From positions 54,770,812 through 54,834,811 of the forward strand of contig NC_068995.1 of NCBI RefSeq assembly GCF_001194135.2: a stretch of 64,000 bases of DNA. Direction: 5' to 3'. A model generated the notes under the pieces. That model saw only the letters and a program-made list of their open reading frames with translations, was not told where the DNA came from and made no database searches. The position numbers and the translations under genes are program-made. Below are positions 13,009 through 27,851 of this stretch, one piece after another; positions within the stretch are counted from its first letter, which is position 1, and each line of letters starts with the position of its first letter. The stretch is from Octopus bimaculoides. Lineage: Eukaryota.

Positions 13009-15940
13009 GGTTAGAAGTTGTTTCGTCGGCAAAATTTCAAGTGAATTCACTTAAATATTTATCTTTCCACTGCGGCTAATAAAATAAGCGTTGGTATAAT
13101 AATGACAGCATAGAATGGACTCTATTTACGTAGTAAACATTTAATGAAAAAAGTTTGTCTTGCAATAAATTAAAACGAGCGAATGTTTAAACAAAAGAAA
13201 AAAAAAACGAAGAAAAACGGACTTCAATTTTTTTAAACATCATACAAAGAGAATGCCTTAATATTCACAACTGAATTTACTGTGCATTGTTCACTAAATA
13301 AAGCAGAATGTAAACATAGACAGTAAAAAAGAGATATGGATACAAAAAGAGAATGGTACAGAAAAGGAAAACGGAGAGATAGAAATGAAATCCTTCCCAA
13401 GCATGTAATTCAGATGAAAAGTGAAATGCTTACATTGGTAATCACTAAACACACAATAGAAAAATATTTCTTGCAATCCATTGATTATTTCAATATTTGA
13501 ACGGAATCTAGCAACTTTACTGATCGGTGAAATTTTGGAGACATACCAACGAGAGATTAATTTAGCCTAAGCTCTGGGATTTATATAAAATTCTAAGAGG
13601 TTTAATTTAATTAAAAGCCAAATTATTTTGTCATTGTTTATCAACACAATCAGATTTCTCGTTGTTTCAGAAACAATGCATTTAAGTTGCGATTAAATAA
13701 GAGTATGTCTGGGGCGAACATGCCAGCAATTTTCAATTAAAATAAGATCTAAACATTCATTTCTCCATATTTACACTTACATAAACACACACAGAAATAT
13801 ACACACACATCTGGTTTTAGAATTTGTATTATTACATTTTTCCATGCTAGATTTTTTTAAATTTCACCTGTTACTTTTCTTTCCAATACATAATTTCAAC
13901 CTATGAATTAACGTCCTTATCCTAAAAGAAAACGTCATATACAAATACAGTTGTTAACTAGTAATATATTATTTTATATACTTAAAATATTTAGCACAAT
14001 GGACTTTCTTCTTTAGTTTCAGTTAATCTTCATATCTTGAAGACCCATTCTCTAAAATTGTATTTGAAAATATACGACAAAAATTTTAAAACGCAATTAT
14101 TATTTTGAGCCAAATTTCCCAGGCTGTCATGTTCAAGCGACGGTGGATTATATATTTGTGTAGTGTACTGCTCCGTGAAGGTAAGATCAACAAAATGTCT
14201 TCCATCTAGTGGTTGATAAATATGATTTGATAACCATAGCATATTATTATTAGTATTATCTGCTATAAATTGTATGTGATGAAAAGAATTGAGTCGGCAT
14301 TTTATAACATATCTGGTGCCTTCATGCAATGCTCAGGCGCTGTCCACATGGATTAGGAACTTAAAACAGGACTATAGAGTAGGAGAAAGTACGGAAGATT
14401 ATAGTGCATTGTTGTACCATTCAAAACATTTTATTCTTTACAAACAATACACAATGCTTCAAGCGAACTACAATTCTCTCCTATATGTATGAACTATCTG
14501 AATTATAGTAAATATTTTAAAGTAAAGAAAATATCATATTGACTTCAGGCTTAATTTTTCGTTATCGAATATACTGTGCGATGAGTAAAATGTTTGTATT
14601 AAACAATAAAAAGCAGTTGTAGCGGTTAATGACGACAACGCTTATATATTTTATTGCAGTAATCGCTGGTGAAAGAAAAAAAACATATATAGTTTTTAAA
14701 GACGGATAATACTCCGGATAATACCTAATATAGGGTTATTTGAAATATATTTGGTCTGTAAAGTGAATCACATGCAATTTCTTTTTCATACATTCATATT
14801 AATACCACTTACGAATTCGAATATTGTGCGTGACGCAAGAAATAGTTAATATCCTACTCAATGTTAATCAGACGGTACGAATTTAAAAATTGTTTAATGC
14901 ATTGACTTGCACTAAGGGAACTACATACATTCCAATTTCTATAATGCAGGAATAAATATCCATTATTCTTTATCACTAATGCTGCAACAGTAAATTGTAA
15001 TGTAATTGTAAGTATTCTTCACATTAGAACTGTTGCCATTTATCAGTATCTTTGATTATATAGTTTCTGTGGAAATGGATACAATAAATATAAAACTTCT
15101 ACGAGTTTCTCCAACGCAATGTTAATGCAAGTCACTTTTATATGAAACCATGCAGGTTCTAGTGATGATGATACAAAACAGGCCGATTCATTACATGTGG
15201 CAGATCTAATAATGTTCCACGAGACAAAAATAGCAATGCACAGAAACAATTGTTGTGGTTTAGATAGAAGCCTGTTCAATCCATCTTGTAATTAAAATGT
15301 ATACATACATGCATAAATAAACACAAACACACACATGCGCGCGCACGCACACACATATAACTATTTGCTCAATGTCATATCATAGAAACAGTATAATATA
15401 TGTCTGAAAGATTAATCAAAATATGTTAGTAGAATATATTGTTATTAAAACTTTACAAAAAGAATGGTTACAGTGGTTATGAAGGTTCGATTTGCAAGTC
15501 CTTTTCAATCTGTTACCTACTTGGATTATTTTAGCACCTAGATATTCTGGGATAGTTTGGGTTTCTGAAATGATATTTAGGCTGTGTGTAATTGGTCTGG
15601 AATAGAGATGTCTAAGAATAAGTAGGAAAAGTGGAATATATGCCTTCTGTTGAGGGTTGACCGTCAGTTATTATTGGAAGATTTTATTGTTTTTGTTTGA
15701 AAATCGTGATTTTTAATTTTTTTTTAAACGTAGCATTAACTTTCTACACTGGTGTTTCAGAGTGACTTTGTGAGATTCTTTGTATACAAGCTCGGCCTCA
15801 ATAATGCTTCAGAGGTCAGGGAGGAAATTTTAGAGGGAATATTATATTTCAGTTTCGGTAATTTAGAGCGCGCACACACACACACACACACACGCACACA
15901 TCCACGCACGCACGCACACAGATACACAGACACACTCACG

Positions 15941-15984
<44 letters not shown>

Positions 15985-16014
15985 NNNNNNNNNNNNNNNN
16001 NNNNNNNNNNNNNN

Positions 16015-16049
<35 letters not shown>

Positions 16050-16050
<1 letters not shown>

Positions 16051-16210
16051 GATGGGCCTCTTTCCTTTTCCGTCTACAAACTCCACTCACTGAGATTTGG
16101 TCGATCCGAGGGTATAATTGAAGACACTTGCCCAAGGTGACACGCAGTGGAGTAAACCCGGAACCATGTGTTTGCAAGCAAGCTTGTTACCACCCAGCCA
16201 CTCCTGCGCC
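16050..16210 (-). mobile_element. tRNA-derived SINE (family B), 5' portion
   Basis: The reverse complement begins GGCGCAGGAGTGGCTGGGTGGTAACAAGCTTGCTTGC..GGTTCCGGGTTTACTCCACTGCGTGTCACCTTGGGCAAGTGTCTT (A-box and B-box-like). It aligns with copies at 37860-37962, 40481-40650 and 60706. Confidence 0.85.
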
Positions 16211-18595
16211 TATGTGTGTGTGTGCGTTTGTCTGCCCGCGTGCGTGTTTATATACGTTCTTAGCATCGGAGACAATGCTAAATTGTATTTAAAAAAACGA
16301 AGACATTGGTGAAGGTAAGTGAATTAATTCAAAACTACGTTGATGTTGAATATTATTGGAAGTATGTAACATTTCCAATGTACTATTTTCTTAGATATCC
16401 GCAAGAATGGATTCCTAAGTTTTTCCTTACTTGACGGTCATTCATAAGCATTTTAGTTCCATTATAGATATTCATATGCCCAAGACTATTATCCAATTTA
16501 ATCTTGGCAAATTCTCAATGGAAGATTGGAAGACATCATTAATGGGTAGATTAGAAACGTATGCTCTTATAACAGAATACATCTATTCCAATCTTGCAAA
16601 AAAATACTCTAAAATATAGATTCTTTGTATACAATATCTTTCCTGATATACGATCCAATTCTTAAAATGCCTCGGAATAACATTCCGTTGATGTGTAAGT
16701 ATAACATAACTTCTTACTTTCTTAGCCGTAAAGACATACAAAAGATTTTCTATCTACTTATTGCGTCTTGCAAAACGACGAAATTTTATAATGTATATTA
16801 ATCTCGCTTCTACGTAATGATTCTTAAATTTCAAACATATCTTCAGTGTTACAATCTGATTTATTTGCATTATGTTACACCGAAAGAATAACAGAGTCAA
16901 TAAATTCTTTAGTTCAGTAAACTTAAGCTGATTTAAATGCCCATATGTCAAAGATTGTAACAACTGTACAACTATACTCTCGTCCAAGCGTATATGTACT
17001 ATGAACTTACTGTTGCGAGGAAGAAAAATACGTACATGCAGGGCTTCCCTCTCAAATGCAGGAAGTGCAATACCAAGCTGCGTGTTTTCTCTGTTATATT
17101 TTTATGTTTTGATTACAGCTATTTTGTTTCCATTTCAAATCTAGAACATGTATGGTATTTTGCGTTACAAAAGGAGCGAATGTATATCTTTGTTTCTTTC
17201 TCTCTATCGCTTTATATATATATATGTGTGTGTATGTATATATATATATATATATATATATNNNNNNNNNNNNNNNNNNNNNNNNNNNNNNNNNNNNNNN
17301 NNNNNNNNNNNNNNNNNNNNNNNNNNNNNNNNNNNNNNNNNNNNNNNNNNNNNNNNNNNNNNNNNNNNNNNNNNNNNNNNNNNNNNNNNNNNNNNNNNNN
17401 NNNNNNNNNNNNNNNNNNNNNNNNNNNNNNNNNNNNNNNNNNNNNNNNNNNNNNNNNNNNNNNNNNNNNNNNNNNNNNNNNNNNNNNNNNNNNNNNNNNN
17501 NNNNNNNNNNNNNNNNNNNNNNNNNNNNNNNNNNNNNNNNNNNNNNNNNNNNNNNNNNNNNNNNNNNNNNNNNNNNNNNNNNNNNNNNNNNNNNNNNNNN
17601 NNNNNNNNNNNNNNNNNNNNNNNNNNNNNNNNNNNNNNNNNNNNNNNNNNNNNNNNNNNNNNNNNNNNNNNNNNNNNNNNNNNNNNNNNNNNNNNNNNNN
17701 NNNNNNNNNNNNNNNNNNNNNNNNNNNNNNNNNNNNNNNNNNNNNNNNNNNNNNNNNNNNNNNNNNNNNNNNNNNNNNNNNNNNNNNNNNNNNNNNNNNN
17801 NNNNNNNNNNNNNNTTGCTCTTCAACAGAAAGGTATACGAGGAAATAAACATAGAGAATGAAAACAAAACCTGTAGATTTCAGCGGTGTTGTATGGTGAA
17901 TATATATAAATATATATCTTCCACCTTTCTCCTTTCTCCCTACTTGCCCTTTCTCTTCTGACTCACAAGAAACTAGCATTTCGCTCTCCCATCACTCTCT
18001 TTCCTGTCCTCCTCTTCCCCCCCTCTCTCTTTGCCCTTTTCTCCCCAAGTTTCTCTTTTATCTAGTCTTCTGTCTCTAACCAATCTTGAATCTCTCTAAA
18101 GCGTTGTTGAGAAACTGAGGTTGGATAGAGACACAACACGTTTTCGAAACAAAGGCCTAAACGCGTGTCTCCAGTCCAAAAATATATTAATATCTCATCA
18201 GATTATTCTGTGTATATTGGATGAAATGTCCCTCACCACTGAATGGAGTTTGGGCTGAGTTGTCTCCCCTGCTCATGTATTTCAGTTGTTTTAACAAAAG
18301 ACGCTTCCGGAGAATAATCCCCAACATTCCGTATCGCAGCCTAATGGCAACAACATGATGCTTGCCCGTATGTATGGTGGATAATATGTCTACCCATCTC
18401 GAAATTCTATGTCGCTCGGAATTAAATGGCGTACAATGAAGTTAATCACATTTTTATTGTGATTTTGTATGGACTATTTTGCGTAGTTTATATTAGATTG
18501 TTAAGGTGGATATATATATGTGTGTTCATGTGTGCGTGTGTGCGCGCGCGTGCGTGTGTGTATGTATGTGTGTTTGTGTGTGCATGTGCATGTGT

Positions 18596-18636
<41 letters not shown>

Positions 18637-19415
18637 TGTGTGTGTGTGTATATGTGGCTGCATGGTTGTCTTTGTGTATGAATATGCCCGGCTATGCTTT
18701 TATGCTTAAAAGCTGGAAAAGATGATGGAAGGCAACATTTTTTTGTGGAATCACAATAAGAGAAATGCATTAAGATGATTATAGATTGCACGATTCATGG
18801 TTTCTCTGGAAGCATCGGAATTATTTGTTATCAATATCAAGAGATTTGTCTTCCATTTCAGTGCGAAAGGCTACGAAATTTTGCAAACCTCTTTGATCAT
18901 TATTTTCGAGTTGCAGCTCTCTATCTCTCTCTCAGTGAATTTCTCATCCTCACGTTTCGCGTACTGGATGATATAAAGAAATGTGTGAAATATCATCGGT
19001 GCATACTGATGGAGTGAGATACGATAATAAATGATGTTAGCGTGCAGCTGTGATAAATTTCCAAACTGGATGCAACATGAATGGAGTCGATTTATTTTCA
19101 CTATCATTTACAAGTATTGTAAATACCCTCATTTTCATCCGAAAGATATCCATCTAGTAAGCCATATGATTATAATTTAAGTAAAAAAAAAAAAATCGGT
19201 GTATGCATAATGAAATACAAAACTCTTTTATTCCTTTAATAAGTTTCAATTGTTCGTTGTTATAATCCTGTTCTGCTCTGGCTGTCACATTTCAACCACT
19301 GCAATTTCAAGGAAATACATGCACGAGGTATCTAGAAATATTGCAACATAAATGACAATATCACACAGCTATGCGTATACCTATCAACATACATGTATGT
19401 ATGTATGTATGTATG

Positions 19416-19462
<47 letters not shown>

Positions 19463-21729
19463 NNNNNNNNNNNNNNNNNNNNNNNNNNNNNNNNNNNNNN
19501 NNNNNNNNNNNNNNNNNNNNNNNNNNNNNNNNNNNNNNNNNNNNNNNNNNNNNNNNNNNNNNNNNNNNNNNNNNNNNNNNTCTTCCGATCTAACAGGTGG
19601 TGAATTAAGGCTATAAAGCCGTACATACATATATACATACACACATACATGCATACAAACAAACATACATACATACATACATACATACATACATACATAC
19701 AGATTTACATTTTATTACGTTCTGTATACTGACTTTTCTTGTCCCGTAACGAATTTGGTTTTCTAAGGAATGGGAAGCGTGAATCTTTGTAATTTATATC
19801 ACTGTCAAATTAGTTAGAGATCAAATTCGGGTTTAACATCCACAGGTTTGGAATTGTGAACTTATAAATTTGGAGAGTAAACATGTAATTCAGTTTCGTG
19901 ATTTGACTCTCATATGTATTACAAACACCAGTGTCATGCGTAAGAAACTTTCCTGTACTAGATGTGAGGCCGTATATTTTCGATTAGGATAAATGAGAAA
20001 GGGTCATTTTCCGACAGAAGAACATGATCTAGATACAGAGAATGAATGTGCTAGATATATGTTGCTCTATATAATATTAGATTATACTGAAAATTCCAAT
20101 GCACTAATTATTTTCTATAGCATAAGTTCAAGATAACTCGACCATGAATTATAAAATGCAAGGATTTTCAGGTAATTGAGAAATGCTAAACGTTGTATTC
20201 AAGCATTGAACTAGCATCTTTCATGTGGCTATATGCTCACAAAGGTTAGCCGAAGGATCGACTTATCTGAATAACAGGTATGTATTTAACCCACATAGGA
20301 GAGACACAATGTCAAATGGAAAACTATTGTAAATACAGCTCTGATTATAGAAAAACATTTATATTCAGAGTAGCAACATTTATCGTCGTTATTTCACTCG
20401 TTCTGACATGACATTTGCATTTTATGTACATAGATATTTATGATATCTCATAAAACGGAATGCTGCAAAGAATTAGGTAATTTCAAATGTATAAGGTTAT
20501 ATAATTTAATTTTTATCTATTCAGTTATTTTAGAAATTAGGAGCAGTAACTAATGTACATACAACGTCACTATTCATTGCCACCTCTGTAAGAAATGGGC
20601 TTGCTTTCTTAGCAATACACATAACAATATAAAATAGCTATAGCCAGGGATATCTCTGAAAGTTAATGTAATAGTTGTCTATAACTACGCCATACTTCAC
20701 ATGTAGATGATAAGAATTTATTTTTTAGAACAATATTGCCTTCAATGAAAAAATGTTTAATGAATATATGCATCAAATTAGACAGCATTTTCAAATCCGT
20801 TACCTACAATTTATTTCACTCAGTGCAATAATGTTCATTGTTTTGCCTCGATTTTGCACTAAGAAAATCCTAATTTATCCTGAGTAATCTCCATATCGAT
20901 TAATAAGATAGCTACATGCATATACATATTGCAATTTAAAACAATTGGTAAAAATATATTTTATAATAACTCAGATTGCCACTAGGAATAAAGATTCGTG
21001 TAGTTAATCTTATAATCGTTTTCCGCTTAATTTACAATCGAAATATTATATGCATATCTGTTGGTGCCATAAGACTTAAATATACATTTTGCTAAATGAC
21101 TATCGAATTCCAAAATGCATTGAAGCTCCGAGCGTTTTCTGTCCTTTTCTCATATAGAAATACTCCGTCGCAACAAACAGCTGGTGTTCAACATATGGAG
21201 TATAATATTGTATTATTGGTATGTATTCTTTATTTTAAGTGTTCGATACAGATATTGAAATAATTAACATTCAACACTTTACTTTTGTTTTATATTGTGT
21301 ATGTATATAGGTTTGCTTCTTCTATATTACATTTTCAGTGTTCATGTTATAAGCTTATATTATTTCAACAACTATTTCCATTAAAATAGCGCATCATTGA
21401 ATTTTTAAAACATTTTTTATCTCTTTCTTGCTTCATTGATTTGAACAGAACCATGAAAGGCTGCCGCTTCCAGGGATTTAGCTGCACAAACCGTGATCAC
21501 GTCTTATTTTTAACGCTTGTTACTTAATCCATTGATTTCAATTATTGAAGCATTACGTTGTGGGAGCTCGAAAATCAACTCTAGTTGTAAAGTGGTGGAA
21601 GAACCGCACAAATAAAAGGAAACAAACACACACGCGCGCACACGACGCACGCACTCACAAACACACATATGTATGTATATATAAATATATATCCACACAG
21701 TTTTCATCTATCAAATTCAATCGCAATAT

Positions 21730-21850
21730 ACTTTTTCGGTCGGGGACTTGCGAAAATCTGACCAATGTGCCATGAATCGTGTAATTGGGCTGAACCAGAA
21801 ATCAAGTGTTTCCGAGTGAGTTTCTTAACCAGGCAGCTATGCCTGTGCCT
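21730..21850 (-). mobile_element. tRNA-derived SINE (family B), highly decayed head
   Basis: The reverse complement GGCACAGGCATAGCTGCCTGGTTAAGAAACTCACT..GGTTCAGCCCAATTACACGATTCATGGCAC resembles the family B head. Confidence 0.5.
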
Positions 21851-24800
21851 ATAAGAACAATAATTTGTCAAGAGGAGGATTAACCCAGATATAGACTCTT
21901 ATAAATGCATTCTTATCGACTTACGACTACGAGGAATATAACGTAGATTTTTAAATCAAACAATTCCTCCAATAGACTCCAGAGGACAGGCTGATTCCAG
22001 AGAACAATAAATTCCATAAAACATTTGCTTCCTAGAATATCAAAATGCTTCTTCCAAATTAGTTCCAGTGCAAAGTATCCAACGCTTTGGAGAAAAATAC
22101 GATCAACATGATTTTCTAACTCATTGTTCCTTCACCACGTGCAACAACGAAAAGTCGATCACCTTTTTTTTCTTACATTGGTTGCAACACACGCGGAATG
22201 TCCATAGCCTCCATGCACTGACCGAGATCCAATTACAAAGTCTTTTGAACTTACTTTTTATCTTGTACACCGTTATTCCAAACATTTAGACTCCAATACA
22301 TAAGGGAAGCACTTCAAAAAATAAGTGACCTCTTCGTATATCATCTGCTGAGCGTGAAAGCCAAACTTTCTGCAAGCCTGTTACACGTTCCGTCATTTAC
22401 TTTGAAGATTCCCACAGTTTCCTTTGTTGAGATTCTCCGGCATCACCGCGCTCCTACTAGCAGCCCGAACAGAAATTAATGCTCAGTTTTGTGAGATGTT
22501 TTACCGAATAATTCAATAGTGGAGTATTTTTTTTTCTTCGGCACATTCTCATATTTCAAAACATCGATTGCATTCTGTGCGAAACTGCAACCTTCCATTT
22601 GATACAGCAATTTTCTTTATATGAACTTATATTGTTTTTTTCTTGTCTACTGAATACGTTTACAGTCTATACCACTCTAGCACTCACTTCGTTCATCAGC
22701 CATCTTTCCTGCAAATCATCCTACGCTCTAAATTGTGTACATTGAAAGTCTCAATCTATTGTCTACTTGTGTAATCATATTATCGAATGCAGCTCATCTA
22801 TTACACTCAACTCAGCTTAGAAATCCCACCTAGTCTATCTCCATTCCAGTATTTACTATCATGGCTGTTAGTATTTCTCACAATTGTATTTATCTTTATA
22901 TTCACAAAAACCTATTATGATAAAAAGGACATAACATCTTACTTTGTTTCACAGTGACGTACCGTTTTGTTTGGATTAATGGAAATGAAATCAAAGATAT
23001 ACTTTAGCTGAATTGAGAGTGAATAAGTATTCGATCCTCATGTATAAGAGATCTTGGACTAACATATCATTTGGGGCTAAGTTGCAACACAAGAGTGAAA
23101 TGTTTGTGCATTCTTATCAGAGGAGCTGTATATCTGATTGAACGTATCTTGTAATAATTTCCCTTGCGAAATCCTCGACAGCATTCATTCAAATATCTAA
23201 CTTTAATTATTTATGAGATGGAGTTTCTAATCTTAAATATCATGAACTTTTGTATTAATTAATTAAGAAATTATTTTGAAATATATATTTTCCGAATTTA
23301 TGAATGTGTACATTAGTTTCAACTGAAAGAAGACAATGAATATTTGAGGGTAAAATATACATTTAATGATAAGTTGTCGATGGAGTGCGTGCAATTGTCT
23401 AGTGATTTGATACATTTACCCAGAAGAAAATGCCAGTTTTAAATAATTCGGAAATCTACTTATATAAACTAACATATACTTACGTATTTAAAATGTTTTT
23501 CTATTTTAAGTGCTTCAAATTATTAAATACACGCATAAGGGATTAACAGATCTAGCGGTACATATATAAATTGCGAATGTAAATCAATACTCATTGAATG
23601 TGTTTTACCAAGAAATCTTATAACAACAAATATACGCTTGTTGGAATCACTGCATGTATTGAAAGCATTCCATTCATTAATCAGAGAATTAATTTCCCCA
23701 TTCACATTACATTTCATTAAAAAGAGAAACGCATAACACAAGTATTTAAATACTAGAAAATAGAAAGAAAAATTGGAAAATGAAATGAAAGAGGAAAAAG
23801 AAAACGAAAATTAATGGCATCAAATATTAATTAAAAGCAAAAGAAAGAAAAAAGTTAATGTAAAATATATAAAATTTCTAATACTAAATATTTCTGCAAT
23901 GAAGAAGAGAACAATTAGAATTAAGAATACCGGTGGAGGCAGCATTACGTAGAAACCAATTCTGTAAGCAGTTGAAGACGTATTGGGTGGAAAAGGAGCT
24001 GTAAAAAAGCAGAGGGTGATGGGAAGTGTTCATGTCAAAAACTAAATGAATTAGTACGAATTTCATTTTAATCAGATCACTTATAATATTACCATTAGTG
24101 CCATAACTTCTTCCGGCACCAGAAAACTGCAGCTCCATTAAGAGATTAACCAATGAAAAAAGAAAAAAAAATATCAGTGAGAGAGAGAGAAGTGGGTGAG
24201 CTAGTATGATGCGGAGTGACAAGTTTGTTAACATAAGAGTTTCACTAACACTTGTTTTCTTTTCACGGCTTTATCGATTTAATGCAAGTTCATTTATCTG
24301 AGCTGGCAGTCACAGTTTTAACTTCATTACTTAAAGGTAACTCATAAATCCCAGGATTGAAAAGGCTTAAGATACTTTCAACTACTTTGTGTTCAACAGT
24401 GGCAGTTACAGAGTGATTGGTTTGGTAATATTGAAGAAATCATTGGTCACAGTAACAGTTGAATTCATGCAACTATTGCTAATGATTTAACAATATCAAA
24501 TATAATACTTTCTACGATCTAATGCGAATGTCACTATACATCAAAGCGTGTCCTGTTGGGTGCTTCACAGATCTTGCCGTTGATTCATCTGAGTATAATG
24601 ACTTGTTAATTTAGCATATATTTAGATATTTCCTAACGATTCTACGTTCACTGAAATCAATGACAACTCTTTTGACTAAGCACGTGGCTACGACTAGTTT
24701 CCTGTTTGGAACGTTTACATTAAAACTTCGGTCAAAATATATTTGGCTTTAAAACCACGGTAGAGAATATATTTGCTAAGAGTAAATGAATAGCTCCGAC

Positions 24801-26859
24801 TACATGAAACATCTAGATCTCGATCGAACAACGGCAATTAGATTCTGATGCTTCACCTCCAAGGTATCTCAGCAAATTATTCCTTGTATATTAAACGCTG
24901 CACACACACACTAACATACACGCGCAAACACACACTCACAAACACATACGCAAGCACACACACACACACTCACACACATAGACACATACACACACAGAGA
25001 CACACACACACAAACGCACGCAATATTTTGTTCCTTTCGCTTTCACTTTCATTTTCTATTTTTATCTGTCACACTTCTCTCTTTCGTTGTCTGTCGTTCG
25101 CTAAATAAATTACGAAATAATCTTAACTGTAAAGGATTTTATCATAGGTATGTTAGAACAGTTCAAACATGAGACTACTAAAAAAGAACAGTATAGACTG
25201 CTGACTAAAATATACATTGGGTGATAATAATATAGTAGATGTAGATAGCAAAGCACTAGATGTTAGAATTAGTTCATTAATTTTTAGGATCAAATCCGGC
25301 CAGGGTTAATTCTACTATTCTTACAAAAGCTCTCAATACAATTAGTTTTATTTCACCACACCTTTCGATTTAATCGATTAAAATCTTTTTTAAAATTTTC
25401 TGTTGTATGGAAAATCAATACTTAGAAATTATGAGGTGATGTCTCTAAAGAAATAATTGTTTCATTTAGCTTACACATGTAAGCTTTGACCAGGGTAAAT
25501 AATTAATCAAATCAGTATATATCGAAACTTCAAATTCATAACCCATATTGCATGCCAGACTTGGTTAAATTAAAATAGTGACTAATTACTTAGAAAGTAA
25601 CTTGTGAGCGAGTCAAGTGAAATTTTAAAGCACTGATGAAGTGGAGAAGATGTAAATTTTCATGCCACAAATGTCTTTGGAAAAAGTATAAACATGACAA
25701 TATCAATTTTCCATTCCCATAAAATATTGGTTGTTTGCGTTTATTGGAAAATAAATCGATATTTAACATTAAAAATTATTTTTTCGAAAACGTTTCTACT
25801 CAAAGTCAAATGAACGAAGATTTCCTTTGCCTTATTCCTCGTAACACTATTGTGGCTTGTGACAGAAGAGAACTAAACATTTTAAAACAACAGAGCTAAC
25901 TCACAATAGAATTAACCCACTTCGTCTGAAGAGAATCCTGATTGCTGGTTTCTCAATATCTATGGAATACTGATCCACTACCAGAAATTAATATGCATCT
26001 GTGCTATAACGGTTTTCATTTTACATCTGAAGCCATCATATGAATTTCCTTTGCTGCAGGGAACGTGCTGATATGATGTTATTACGTATGAGAACCTGTC
26101 GTTTCAAAATTGCTGCTGATTATAATTTCTTATAGAAAATATTGCCACAGCATTCAAGGATGATTTTGAGCATTCTGATCGATCAGCGATTATCAACAAA
26201 TATTAAATAGGCAATTCACTGCCATAATCAGACATTGATAGAGCATTGAAAACGAAAGAATCCGTTCCCTTTTTAGAAAAGAAGTAGCAGTTATAATTTA
26301 TGGACAGTTCCAAATTCCGCTGCATTGTTTCATCACACACTAACATGTGATATATTCTATATTAACAGAGTTATGACATGCCTTGTGTAATACAAATGTC
26401 TGGCTAAACAGTTAACCAATATAAACAGTTGAAGAAATACCCGCTGAAATGAAATAAATAACTGAAGTTCGATTATACTATATACATCAGTATTTTATAC
26501 TCCTGGATGTATTAAGATGGTCCGAACGTTGGCGGAAAAACGAAGCAATGACATATCGAAAAACAAAGGAGAAAACCAGATCAGTAACGTAGCTCAGACA
26601 GGAATATCCAGAATGGCAATCAAAGCAATGTCTGTCGTTAGGGGAACAACTTGTAGCAGGTAATTGATTGGCAAGGTCTGCGGGAGAACTTAGGATGCGT
26701 GAGGACCTGAATCAGGGAGGCAGAGACGAAAGTTAAAAGATCAGTTTCCTGCGATGGAAGTCTGGCTGTCGATATAAAGCATTAATTCTATAGGAAACAA
26801 TCAATAAACATTTACACACACACATAAACACATACACACAAGCACACGCGCACAAACAT

Positions 26860-26894
<35 letters not shown>

Positions 26895-26997
26895 CACTCA
26901 AGCACACATGAACACAGACACAACTACACATATATATTCATGCGTACATAAGCATACGCATACATATATATTCATTGTTGACGACATATTAGTACAT

Positions 26998-27034
<37 letters not shown>

Positions 27035-27794
27035 ATACAATATTCATTGAGTTATAAATCTATAAAATCATATATACATACATATATACATACATACATA
27101 AATAAATGCATACACACACAAAGACGCACACACACATACACACGTATATATGCGATTTGACAGTTCATACGTGTTGAAAAAAGAGAGAAAACGCATTCTG
27201 CGTCATTGGCTTTGATGTCGTGACACAAATCTGCATTACTAAATGTATCACTGAATAAAAAGACAACATGTCTGATGCGTTCAAAAGACGAAGCACGATA
27301 TTTTTCATCTCTAAAGCATATTATCAATGCAAATATATGTATATATGAGTGTGTCGCTTAGTATTTATCTCATGGAATATGTTTATAATTAACATATATC
27401 GGTAACAGAGTGAGTAAAAACTTCATCGAGTTTCAATAACAGCTACAACATAAAATGAAAATATATGTAAAGAGCTGACGTTGGTAAAAAAAAAAAAAGT
27501 CCGTTGAACTGTGCCAGATATATAAATATACAAAAATCTCAAAACAATTATTTGCACTTTTACAATAACGCACCATAAACAGTTTTTTCATTTGCTTGAA
27601 AGTCTGTACAGGATTCATTCTTACGTTATATATGTATGTGTCTCTATGTGTGTGTGAGTGCGCGTGTGAGTGTGTGTGTATATAATCCTATGTCACACTA
27701 TCATCCATCAAACTACATTGTGTTGTATATATACATATATCCATACATACACAGACAGACAAGCACACGCATACATATATATATACATACACAT

Positions 27795-27851
27795 ACAAGA
27801 TGTACACAAGATGTACACAAGATGTACACAAGATGTACACAAGATGTACAC
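27795..27851 (+). repeat. 11-bp minisatellite (ACAAGATGTAC)x5
   Basis: Five consecutive units seen directly. Confidence 0.95.

Noticed and set aside
18120-18175. GAGACAC...GTGTCTC inverted repeat with AAACGCGTGTC resembling a Penelope or hammerhead end
   Set aside because: No CUGANGA core and no stem II; too degenerate to call.
22100-22800. Moderately GC-rich segment with partially open frames (possible old LINE or transposon)
   Set aside because: I could not match any frame to a family motif, so it is left unannotated pending RepeatMasker or TBLASTX.
26520-26790. GC-richer segment that might be a CR1/L2 3' fragment on the minus strand
   Set aside because: No diagnostic motif could be aligned.
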